DNA from: Actinomycetota bacterium | Lineage (GTDB): Bacteria; Actinomycetota; Acidimicrobiia; IMCC26256; VFJJ01 | Length of the DNA: 64,000 nt | Assembly (NCBI GenBank): GCA_009886115.1 | Contig: VFJJ01000017.1 | Span: 642 to 64,641 of the forward strand | Direction: 5' to 3' | Shown here: piece by piece, positions 47,995 to 56,880 of the stretch | Position numbering within the stretch: the stretch's first letter is position 1 | Layout of the letters: every line of letters begins with the position of its first letter | Position numbers and translations under genes: made by a program | Notes under the pieces: generated by a model | Database searches by the model: none | What the model saw: only the letters and a program-made list of their open reading frames with translations | Told to the model about the DNA's origin: nothing

Positions 47995-49194
47995 ATGATC
48001 GACGCAGCATCGGTCACCACGACGGTGATCGACTTCCCGCGGATGCGGGCGCAGCGCCGAGGCCGGCTTCAGGAGGCGATGGCCGCGGCCGGGCTCGATG
48101 TGCTCGTGCTCGCCGGCCCGTCGAACCAGGAGTACGCCGGGGTCAGCCGGGCCTACGCCGACGCCATGCGGGTCCACCACGAACCGGTGGTGGTGATCGT
48201 GCCCGCGACCGGGCTGGTGCATGCGTACACGCCGTTTCCGGAAGCGGCATACGACCTCCCCGACGAGCATGTGCACCGCGAGCTGCTCGTCGAATACCCC
48301 GAGGGCGTCGAGGCATTGGCCCGGGCTGTGCACGAGGTGGTCCCCGAGGCCCACCGGATCGGCATCGACGAGCTCACCAGCCCGATGCTGGGACTGCTTC
48401 CGGATCTCCTCGCCGGGATCGAGCTGGTCGATGCAGGGGTCGCCACCGGCCCGGCACGGCTGTGCAAGACCGCCGACGAGGTCGAGTGCCTCCGGGTCGC
48501 GCAGCGCATCAACGAGATCGCCATGTACGACGTCGAGGCCGTGCTGCGTCCGGGTGTGCGCCAGAACGAGCTGTCGGCCGTCTTCCTCCGCCGGGTGTTC
48601 GAGCTCGGCATCACGTGGAGTTGCATCGACCCGATCTGGAACATCACCCCGCCGTCGGTGACGCTCCAGACCCCCACCACCCATGGCGGGGTGGGCTTTC
48701 CGCTCTCGAGCAACGACCGCTTCGTGCGTGAGGGCGATCTCGTGCTGCCCGACACCGGGATCGTGTGGAACGGCTATCACTCCGACTTCGGCAAGACCTG
48801 GATCTGCAGCGTCGATCCCCGACCGTCTCCCGAGCTCCGCGATTGCTACCGGCGCTGGCGTGACGTGATCGAGACGGCCTACGCGGCGATCAAGCCCGGT
48901 CGCACCTGTGGCGACGTGGTCCGCGACGTGATGGCCGTCGAGCCCATCTTCGGGTTCCCCCACTTCTACCTGGCGCATGGCGCGGGCTGTGACTCCGCCG
49001 AGATGCCGTTCCTGGGTTCGGAGCTCGGCTTCGAGATCGAGGACACCATCGAGCTCCAGCCCGGGATGACCTTCGTGCTGGAACCGATGATCTGGCATGA
49101 GGGTCACGGCGGATACCGGAGCGAGGAGGTCGTCCACGTCACCGCGGACGGCTGCGAGCGTCTCAGCACATACGGCTACACGCCGTTCGAGTGA
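47995..49194 (+). CDS. M24 (pita-bread) family metallo-enzyme
   Basis: KTADE, PDTG, HSDFG, HGAG, LEP, SEE (all five metal ligands present). Confidence 0.9.
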   Translation: MIDAASVTTTVIDFPRMRAQRRGRLQEAMAAAGLDVLVLAGPSNQEYAGVSRAYADAMRVHHEPVVVIVPATGLVHAYTPFPEAAYDLPDEHVHRELLVEYPEGVEALARAVHEVVPEAHRIGIDELTSPMLGLLPDLLAGIELVDAGVATGPARLCKTADEVECLRVAQRINEIAMYDVEAVLRPGVRQNELSAVFLRRVFELGITWSCIDPIWNITPPSVTLQTPTTHGGVGFPLSSNDRFVREGDLVLPDTGIVWNGYHSDFGKTWICSVDPRPSPELRDCYRRWRDVIETAYAAIKPGRTCGDVVRDVMAVEPIFGFPHFYLAHGAGCDSAEMPFLGSELGFEIEDTIELQPGMTFVLEPMIWHEGHGGYRSEEVVHVTADGCERLSTYGYTPFE

Positions 49195-50417
49195 CGGGAA
49201 CGTCGGGGATGGTCGGTATGGCGGAGGCTGCTGAGGGGCGTGTGATGCTGACACCGAACCTGGGGACGGGCGCCCAGGAGGAACGCGATCGTGTCTCGTT
49301 CACCGAGCTGCGCGCGGCCCGACGGGCCCGGGCGTTCGCCGAGATGGAGCGGCTCGACCTCGACGCGCTCGTGCTCGGTCGCGAGGCCAACGTGCGGTAC
49401 GTGGCCGGATCGCGTCGGCTGTGGACCGCGTCGTCACGGCCGTTCGGCCCCACGGCCGTCGCGGTGCGCTCGACCGGGCGGGTGCACCTGATGACGTTCT
49501 CGGCGAGTCTCGAGGGGGCGCCGGCCGAGGTGCCACTCGGCGACGTGTTCTGCACCAGCTTCAACGTGGGCACGCTGCTGGGCTCCCTCGGCTCGATCGA
49601 CGGTCTCCGCGCCGCGAGGCGCGTGGGTGTCGACGGCTTCACCCTGTTCATGCGCGACCTGCTGCCGACGGTCGTGCCGTCGGCCGAGATCGTGGGCGTC
49701 GAGCCTGAACTCCGTGCGCTGCGCCGGGTCAAGCTTCCCGACGAGATCGTCGCGTTGCGCATCGCGGCGGCGATCGCCGAGGCCGCGCTCGTCGCCGCCG
49801 CCGATCGCGTGCGCCCCGGTGTCACCGAGAAGGATCTCCAGGCGGCCTACCTCGAGCGCATGTGTGTGCTGGGCACGTCGCAGTTCTCCCAGCAGGGCAC
49901 GTTCACGGTGGTCGATCCGCCGGGGCGGTTGCGCCTCGTCACGAGCGGGCGCCTGCTCGACGAGGGCGACCTCGTGGCCCTGGCTGGCGGCGTGTTGTGG
50001 GCCGGATACGAGGGCACGCTCGCTCGTACCTGGCGTTGCGGCAACCGTTCCGAGCCCACCGCCGGGCAGCGCTCGCTGCACCGACGCTGGCGCGACGTCT
50101 CCGACGCCGTCGTCGCAGCCTGCCGGCCCGGCGCCACGGGGGCCGATCTGGTCGCTGCGCACGAGATCGCCGGGGAACCCTTGCCCCGTATGCCGATCGT
50201 GTATTCGATCGGTCTCGGTCACGAGGGCCCCATCGCGGGCTCGTCGCACGGCGTCGACCTCGATCGCCAGCAGGTCCTCGAGCCGGGGATGGTCGTCGCG
50301 GTCCGCACGTTCGTGGCCGGTGCCGCTGGCGGGGTGCTCGGCGAGGACATGGTCCTCGTCGGTGCCGGCGATCCCGAGCGTCTCACGACCCTGGGCCATG
50401 GCCCACTCGAGCGATGA
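49191..50417 (+). CDS. M24 family protein lacking most metal ligands
   Basis: KLPDEI, GDLV, ARTW, GEDMV; GTGA overlap; start uncertain. Confidence 0.85.
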   Translation: MTGTSGMVGMAEAAEGRVMLTPNLGTGAQEERDRVSFTELRAARRARAFAEMERLDLDALVLGREANVRYVAGSRRLWTASSRPFGPTAVAVRSTGRVHLMTFSASLEGAPAEVPLGDVFCTSFNVGTLLGSLGSIDGLRAARRVGVDGFTLFMRDLLPTVVPSAEIVGVEPELRALRRVKLPDEIVALRIAAAIAEAALVAAADRVRPGVTEKDLQAAYLERMCVLGTSQFSQQGTFTVVDPPGRLRLVTSGRLLDEGDLVALAGGVLWAGYEGTLARTWRCGNRSEPTAGQRSLHRRWRDVSDAVVAACRPGATGADLVAAHEIAGEPLPRMPIVYSIGLGHEGPIAGSSHGVDLDRQQVLEPGMVVAVRTFVAGAAGGVLGEDMVLVGAGDPERLTTLGHGPLER

Positions 50418-50441
50418 ACAACACCGACAGGGAGCGACGGC

Positions 50442-50897
50442 ATGAGTGACATCGAAGCGGTCAGGCGGCTGATGGCCTTGTACAGCCAGCTGCTCGACGA
50501 CTGCCGGTTCGAGGAATGGGCGCAGCTGTTCACCGACGACGCCGTGTTCTCCGTGTGGGGCAACGCCTATTCCGGACGTGCAGCGATCCGTGACGGTATC
50601 GGCGCCATGGCTCCCGAGAGGCCCGGCAAGCATGTGGCGTTCGCGACCGTGGTCGACTTCGCCACCGATGCCGACGGCGATCGGGCCCTGGCCTGGACCG
50701 ATTTCGTGGCCCTCGCCGACGCCGGCCCCGGCGAGTGGGGCCGCTCGTACGCGGTCGCCACGGCGGCCCGGTACTACGACGTGCTCGTGCGCGTGCGCGG
50801 CGACGGCGGCGAGACCGGCTGGCGGTTCCACCGGCGAGACATCCGCATGGCCGGAGAACCGTTGCCCGAGGGTGCCACCGAGTCGCCCGCCCGCTGA
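50442..50897 (+). CDS. SnoaL-like/NTF2 family protein
   Basis: Y..LLD....EW..LFTDDA, GRAAI, RYYD, WRF..R. Confidence 0.88.
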   Translation: MSDIEAVRRLMALYSQLLDDCRFEEWAQLFTDDAVFSVWGNAYSGRAAIRDGIGAMAPERPGKHVAFATVVDFATDADGDRALAWTDFVALADAGPGEWGRSYAVATAARYYDVLVRVRGDGGETGWRFHRRDIRMAGEPLPEGATESPAR

Positions 50898-51008
50898 AGG
50901 GTCGACCGCGCCCGGCTCGTCGGTCGGAGCAGGTCCGGTGGACACCGGTCCGGTCGAGGTACATGATCTACTCGCTCGCTCGTCGAGTGGGCAGAGAGGA
51001 AGTACGCC

Positions 51009-51638
51009 ATGTATCTCATGACCCGTGTCCTGACGATCGCACCAGGCCGCCTGCGGGATGGCCTGAAGTTCGCGACGGACATCACCGAGTACGTCAACGC
51101 CAACTCCAGCGTCTCGTTCAACCTCGGCATGGGGGTCTTCGGCCGCCCCGTCGGAACCGTCGTGTGGAGCGGCATGTTCGAGTCGCAGGCCCAGTTCCTC
51201 GATGTCACCGCCGTCTTGTTGGCCAACCCCGGCTACCTCGAGCGGGTCGACGCTGCCGGCGGGTTGTTCACCAGCTCGCCGGAGGACGCCTTCCGCGAGA
51301 TCGTCCACACGGCCGGCGATGTCAGCGGTCCGTTGGCCTACACCTCGGCCGTGCTGGCGACGATCAACGCGGATCGAGCAGTCGAGGCGATCAGTTGGTC
51401 GATCGAGATGGCCGACCTGGTGAACAAGCTGACCGGCGCGCCCACGATGTTCCTGACCGACACCTACGGGCCCTTCGGAGGCGTGGCCTTCATCAGCGGG
51501 GCCGCCGACGCCGCAGCGCTCGACACGGCCCACGCCAGCATCCGCGGGAACAGCGACTACCTCGCCAAGATGGCAGGCTCGGCGGGGATGTTCATCCCCG
51601 GCTCTGGACGTACCGTCCTACTGCAGCGCATCATGTGA
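51009..51638 (+). CDS. Hypothetical protein with internally duplicated alpha-beta barrel (NIPSNAP-like)
   Basis: Two halves ending N.GYL....AGGLF / NSDYL....SAGMF; GAGGA RBS; high-GC3 codons. Confidence 0.75.
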   Translation: MYLMTRVLTIAPGRLRDGLKFATDITEYVNANSSVSFNLGMGVFGRPVGTVVWSGMFESQAQFLDVTAVLLANPGYLERVDAAGGLFTSSPEDAFREIVHTAGDVSGPLAYTSAVLATINADRAVEAISWSIEMADLVNKLTGAPTMFLTDTYGPFGGVAFISGAADAAALDTAHASIRGNSDYLAKMAGSAGMFIPGSGRTVLLQRIM

Positions 51639-51649
51639 CGAGGGCTCGG

Positions 51650-51694
51650 GACCCGGCGCTGCTGGACCACCCTCAGGACCAGAAGCGCCGGGTC
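51650..51694. terminator. Hairpin between convergent genes
   Basis: gacccggcgctgctggacc / ggaccagaagcgccgggtc, 17/19 complementary. Confidence 0.65.
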
Positions 51695-51735
51695 GAGGTG
51701 AAGGCGCGGCGGGCGAACTCGCGCGGGTCGGCTCC

Positions 51736-52965
51736 TCAGCCGATCACGTTGTCGGTGCGCAAGGTGGCGATCTCGTCGTCGCTCAGGCCCAACTCCTGAG
51801 CCAGCACCACATCGGTGTGCTCGCCCAGCCAGGGCATCCGGGTCTCGGGGCCCTCGGCCATCTTCGAGAGCTTGATGGGATTCCCCGGGGTGACCACGGG
51901 ACGGCCGTCGCCACCGTCGGTGCGGGGGATCTCGACGAGCATGGCGTGGTCGATCACGTGCTGGTCGGCCGCGACGTCGGCGGGGGAGTGGCACGGCCCC
52001 ACCGGTATCCCGACGCCCGCGAGCTCGTGGCAGGCCTGGCGCCGGGTCCTCGACGCCGCCCAGGCCTCGATGGCCGGCCTGAACACCGATTCGACGAGGG
52101 GCCCCCAGTCGCCGGGCTGGGCCATCGTCGGATCGTCGATCCACTCGGGACGGCAGACCGTCAGGGCGAGCGCATGGAACACCTTGACGCGGCTGCACAT
52201 GACGATGAACCAACCGTCGGATGCTCGGAAGGCCTGGGTGAGGGCCGGCGATTGCAGCCCGCTCTGCACACCCATCGACCAGAAGTTCATACCCAGATCG
52301 GCCATGGCCACCATGGCGTCGTACATGGCGACGTCGACGTGCTGGCCGACGCCGGTGCGGTCGCGGTGGCGCAACGCCGCGAGGATGCCGACGGCCGCGA
52401 ACACCGCGGTGCCGGTGTCGCCCAGCGCGCCCACCGGCGAGACCACGGGGGGCTCGTCGGGATGGCGCTTGAAGTCGTACAACGACGACATGGCTTCGGC
52501 CACCGGAGCGAACGCCGACCACGACGAGTACTCCGACTCCACCAGGTTCCCGAAGCCCGAGACCGATACGTACACGACCGGCGGGTGCACGGCCGCGATG
52601 TCGGCGTAGCCCAGGCCCATGCGGGCCATGGTTCCGGCCCGGAAGTTCTCGGCCACCACGTCGAAGCGGGGAGCGAGGCGCAACACCAGGTCGCGACCCG
52701 CCGGCGACTTCATGTCGATCGCGATCGAGCGCTTTCCCAGGTTGTTTCGCAAGAACGTGGCTCCCATCGGCCGGCCCTCGGGGTCGAGCATCGTGGGCAG
52801 CGATTGGCGGCCCGTCTCGCCCTGGCCCGGATGCTCGACCTTGACCACCTCGGCGCCCATCCGAGCGAGGAGCTGCGTGGCGTACGGGAGGGCCTGCTGC
52901 TGCTCGATGGCGAGGATCCGCACCCCGTCGAGAGGCTTGCCGAACACCGAGAGCTCAGGATTCAC
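51736..52965 (-). CDS. CaiB/BaiF family III CoA-transferase
   Basis: MGAEVVKVE, ENFRAG, ALGDTGTA with catalytic Asp; start approximate. Confidence 0.9.
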   Translation of the reverse strand: MNPELSVFGKPLDGVRILAIEQQQALPYATQLLARMGAEVVKVEHPGQGETGRQSLPTMLDPEGRPMGATFLRNNLGKRSIAIDMKSPAGRDLVLRLAPRFDVVAENFRAGTMARMGLGYADIAAVHPPVVYVSVSGFGNLVESEYSSWSAFAPVAEAMSSLYDFKRHPDEPPVVSPVGALGDTGTAVFAAVGILAALRHRDRTGVGQHVDVAMYDAMVAMADLGMNFWSMGVQSGLQSPALTQAFRASDGWFIVMCSRVKVFHALALTVCRPEWIDDPTMAQPGDWGPLVESVFRPAIEAWAASRTRRQACHELAGVGIPVGPCHSPADVAADQHVIDHAMLVEIPRTDGGDGRPVVTPGNPIKLSKMAEGPETRMPWLGEHTDVVLAQELGLSDDEIATLRTDNVIG

Positions 52966-53093
52966 CACCTCACCAAGGCGCATCGCGAGAGCCTACGGAC
53001 CTGTGGTCTCGCCGTGCCCGGTCCCTGGCGGATTGCCCGTCCGGACCCCGCGGTGGGAGATTCACCCGTCACTCCCCACGAGCAGGAGCCCCG

Positions 53094-53909
53094 ATGGATC
53101 GCTACGGATTCGAGACGATCGCCACCGAGCTCCACGACGGCATCCTGAAGGTCACGTACAACCGGCCCGAGCAACGCAACGCCATCAACGCCGTGATGCA
53201 CAAGGAGCTCCGGGCGCTGTACTCGCGTATCGACGCCGACGACGAGGTCGACGTGGTCGTCATCACCGGTGCCGGCAAAGCATTCTGTGTCGGCGGCGAC
53301 TTCGCGCAGATGCAGGCGAACTTCGACGCTGGTGGGTATGCCGATGGCCACCCGTCGTTGTTTGGCGACGCCGCGGCCTTGGCCCGCAACATCCTCGGCG
53401 TGCGCCAGCCCATGATCGCCATGGTCAACGGCCATGCCCTCGGTCTCGGAGCGTCGCTCGCGCTCTTCTGCGACATCGTGTACATCGCATCGACCGCCAA
53501 GATCGGCGATCCCCACGTGAACGCGGGCCTGGTGGCCGCCGACGGGGGCGTGGTGCTCTGGCCGCTCCTGCTCGGGATCAACCGGGCCAAGGAGTTCCTC
53601 ATGACCGGCGATCTGCTCGATGCCACCGAAGCCGAGCGCATCGGCCTCGTCAACCATGTCGTCGCGCCCGACGATCTCGAGGCGACCGTGATGGCCGCAG
53701 CTCGGCGTCTGGCCGACGGGCCGGCGATCGCCATCCGGTTCAACAAGCGGCTGGTGAACAAGGAGCTCGAAGACCGGGTGAGCCGCATCTACGACATGGC
53801 CCTGGCCATGGAGGCCATCACCTTCGAGAGCGCCGACCACAAGGGCGCGGTCGAGGCCTTCCTGGCCAAGCGGACACCGGTCTTCGGCAAGTTCCGCACG
53901 GGCGGCTGA
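53094..53909 (+). CDS. Crotonase (enoyl-CoA hydratase/isomerase) family protein
   Basis: NRPEQRNA, AFCVGGD, NGHALGLG, DPHVNAGLVAADGG. Confidence 0.92.
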   Translation: MDRYGFETIATELHDGILKVTYNRPEQRNAINAVMHKELRALYSRIDADDEVDVVVITGAGKAFCVGGDFAQMQANFDAGGYADGHPSLFGDAAALARNILGVRQPMIAMVNGHALGLGASLALFCDIVYIASTAKIGDPHVNAGLVAADGGVVLWPLLLGINRAKEFLMTGDLLDATEAERIGLVNHVVAPDDLEATVMAAARRLADGPAIAIRFNKRLVNKELEDRVSRIYDMALAMEAITFESADHKGAVEAFLAKRTPVFGKFRTGG

Positions 53910-53979
53910 CCCCCGAGCATCACGGCATTCGCAGCCCGCTCGTCCCGTCAGCCCGCGGCTCCCGCGTACCGTCAGCCGG

Positions 53980-55395
53980 TCAGCCGGTCATGGCGCCGCC
54001 CGGGAGCTCGGCCGGATCGCCACCCAGGAACCGCTCCAAGGTGCGGTGCATCGTGATGATGCGGATCTCCTCACCCGAGAGGGTGAAATGGGTGAGGCCG
54101 GGCTGGCGCACGCCGACCTGGGCGTGCTTGAGCAACGCCAGGTCCTGGTTGAGCACGGCTCCGAAGTCGGCCTGATCGAGCGGCACCGTCGCGTCGAACG
54201 GCCGCGACCGTGGAGCATCGGCCGTCGGGCTGCGGGCGAAGTTCATCGCCACGAGCTCGGCCCGGTCGGTCGCCAGGCCGGGCACCGACACCAGGACCGA
54301 CACGAGATCGGCCGAGACGAGCATGGTGGCGTTGGGGAACAGGTTGTACTGCTGCAACGAGGTCACTTCCTCGGTGCTGAAGCGGGTGAGGTCGGCACCC
54401 CGGCTGGCCCACTGATGAGCGCGGATGTGCTCGGCGATGACGTCACGCACGGATCGGCCGTCGGGGATCGCCGGCACCGCGCAGGGCTCGCTGATACCCA
54501 TCCGCCCACCTTGGGTGACGATGAACGAGTCCCATACGGTCTGGGGCGCCACGTTGCGGCCCAGCCGCGGGCTGGGAACCCCGTAGGGCTGGCGCGACAC
54601 GCTGTGGCGACCGAGCACCTGCTGGGCCGAGTTCACGTCGTCGAGGCACCCGAGCATCTGCGAATGCAGGCCCTGGACGTGATAGGTCTCCGAGAACCCC
54701 TCGGAGATGACCTTCCAGTTGGCCTCGATGGGGACGCTCACCCGGGCCTGGCACCGGAACTCGTCGAGCCCGGCCCAGGCCACGTCGGCCGGAACCCCGT
54801 CGAGCCACGATTCGAGCGGCTCGGCATCAGTGTCGAGGTTCACGAACACCAAGCGGCCAAAGGCGCCGACGGCAGCCGGCACGAGCGGCAGGTCGTCGTT
54901 GCGCAAGGCCCCGAAGCCCTGACGCGACGGCACTTGACGGAGTCGGCCGGTGAGGTCGTAGGTCCAGTTGTGGAACCCGCAGCGCAGCTCGGTGAGCCCG
55001 CTCCCGGCCCCGGTGCAGATCACGTTGCCCCGGTGGCGACAGGCGTTCTGGAAGGCCCGAAGCACACCGTCGTCGCCCCGAACGATGAGCACCGACAAGG
55101 GTCCGGCCCGGTACTCGAAGAAGTCGCCGGGCTCGGCCACGTGGTCGACGCTGCAGGCGATCTGCCACACACGGGGCCACAGGCGATCGGCTTCGACAGC
55201 AGCGAACGCAGGGCTCCGGTACCGGGCGGTGGGGACCTGGACCGGGCGCTGGGGTGGCGCCCCGGCTACCGCACCGGCCGAGGCGCCGGGAGTGCTGTCG
55301 ACTGCGGTGCCGACGGCAGCGCGGGTCGAGGTGATGGCGGTCCCGAGGAACCCCTCGGGGTCGGGCCCGTCGGTCCGCGAGTGCGTGATCGTCAT
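53980..55395 (-). CDS. Rieske non-heme iron oxygenase alpha subunit
   Basis: CRHRG...CGFHNW Rieske ligands; NWK, ETYHVQGLH, QD. Confidence 0.93.
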   Translation of the reverse strand: MTITHSRTDGPDPEGFLGTAITSTRAAVGTAVDSTPGASAGAVAGAPPQRPVQVPTARYRSPAFAAVEADRLWPRVWQIACSVDHVAEPGDFFEYRAGPLSVLIVRGDDGVLRAFQNACRHRGNVICTGAGSGLTELRCGFHNWTYDLTGRLRQVPSRQGFGALRNDDLPLVPAAVGAFGRLVFVNLDTDAEPLESWLDGVPADVAWAGLDEFRCQARVSVPIEANWKVISEGFSETYHVQGLHSQMLGCLDDVNSAQQVLGRHSVSRQPYGVPSPRLGRNVAPQTVWDSFIVTQGGRMGISEPCAVPAIPDGRSVRDVIAEHIRAHQWASRGADLTRFSTEEVTSLQQYNLFPNATMLVSADLVSVLVSVPGLATDRAELVAMNFARSPTADAPRSRPFDATVPLDQADFGAVLNQDLALLKHAQVGVRQPGLTHFTLSGEEIRIITMHRTLERFLGGDPAELPGGAMTG

Positions 55396-55509
55396 GGGGC
55401 GCACAGTAGTTGGGGCGCGCGCGAGCTGCTCCGGACCGCGATGGTGGTGGGACGGGCGAGCGGCGCGTAGGTTGCCCGTGTGACGCACCCGTCCCGACAG
55501 GAGAACGCC

Positions 55510-56343
55510 ATGGCCTACAACCCTCTCGAAGCTGGCGGGGTCGACGACTACCCCGTGAAGGTCGGCAGCATGTTGCTCACGATGGTCGATCCCCACGTGG
55601 GGTTCGAGAAGGCCTACAACCGCTGGTACGAGCGCGACCACTATTACGGCGGCTGCATGATCGGCCCCTGGCTCTACGCCGGGAGCCGCTGGGTCGCCAC
55701 CCGCGAGCTGAAGGACCTGCGCTGGCCCAGCGGCGACGAGACGATCGCCCGTCCCACCGACGCCGGCTCGTACGTGGCGATCTACTGGGTCGAGAAGGGC
55801 CACCACGCCGACCACTTCGACAACTGGGCCCGCACCCAGGTGAACGCGCTCTACGGCGCGGGTCGAGGCTTCGCCGAACGGCGCCACATCCACACCGTGC
55901 TCTACGACCACGTTGGCGCGGTGTACCGCGACGCCGATCCCGTGCCCGTCGATCTGGCGCTCGACCATGGCTACGACGGCATCGTCGCCCTCTGGTTCGA
56001 CGGTCGCGACGGGGTGGCCGCGGCCGACCTGCACGCCCGGCTCGCCTCCGGGCCGATGCTCGAGCTGCTGGGCGGATCGTCGATCGAGATCGCGTCGTCG
56101 TGGACGCCCGCGGCCGGCGAGAACGATCCGCGCGACGTGCCCATGGACCTCGGGACCAAGGCCGGCGGCCCGGAACGCCTGTGCCAGTTGCTGTTCGTCC
56201 GGGGCGACGTGCGCGACGCGCTCGATCGGGTGCGGTCGTACACCACGGCGGTCGAAGCGGCCGGTCTGGCTGACACGCATCTGGCGGCGCCGTTCTTCAC
56301 GACAGTCGTCGGCACCGACCGGTACGTCAGCGAGATCTGGTGA
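55510..56343 (+). CDS. Conserved hypothetical protein (paralogue of 44026..44868)
   Basis: MVDPHVGFEKAYNRWYERDH; AGGAGA RBS. Confidence 0.75.
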   Translation: MAYNPLEAGGVDDYPVKVGSMLLTMVDPHVGFEKAYNRWYERDHYYGGCMIGPWLYAGSRWVATRELKDLRWPSGDETIARPTDAGSYVAIYWVEKGHHADHFDNWARTQVNALYGAGRGFAERRHIHTVLYDHVGAVYRDADPVPVDLALDHGYDGIVALWFDGRDGVAAADLHARLASGPMLELLGGSSIEIASSWTPAAGENDPRDVPMDLGTKAGGPERLCQLLFVRGDVRDALDRVRSYTTAVEAAGLADTHLAAPFFTTVVGTDRYVSEIW

Positions 56344-56840
56344 CCGGCGTCGGGGGTTCACACGTCGTGGGCTCCGACCTCGACGGGGCCGACCTCGCGG
56401 CCACGGTCGGATGGCTGCGCGACCGAGAGCAGATCCGCGACCTCGCCCAGCACTACGCCCGTTCGGTCGACCGTCGCGACTGGGACGGGGTCCGGGGCTG
56501 CTTCGCCCCCGGCGCCCTCTGGGCCGGTTCGCTGGGCGAGAACGACGCCGCGACCTATGTCGACCTGCTCGCCCCCGGGGTCGAGGCCTACGAGGCCACG
56601 ATGCACTTCATGGGCAACCAGTACGTCGAGGTCGCGCCGGGCGCCGACGTCGGCTCGGTCGAGACCTACGCCGTCGCCTGGCATCTGGAGCCCGCTGGCG
56701 CCGATCTGGCCGATCTCGTGATGGGCGTTCGCTATTGCGACGATGTCGTGCGCACACCCGAGGGCTGGCGCATCTCCCGACGCCAGGTGGCTCGCCAGTG
56801 GTACCGCGGACCCTTCCCCCGTCCCGCGACCGGCACGTGA
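56340..56840 (+). CDS. SnoaL-like/NTF2 family protein
   Basis: DREQIRDL..HYARSVDRRDW, TMHFMGN, RYCD, GWRI. Confidence 0.88.
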   Translation: MTGVGGSHVVGSDLDGADLAATVGWLRDREQIRDLAQHYARSVDRRDWDGVRGCFAPGALWAGSLGENDAATYVDLLAPGVEAYEATMHFMGNQYVEVAPGADVGSVETYAVAWHLEPAGADLADLVMGVRYCDDVVRTPEGWRISRRQVARQWYRGPFPRPATGT

Positions 56841-56880
56841 CAGCTCCGACCACCCCCGAGCGCGCCGTTGGGAGACAGCG

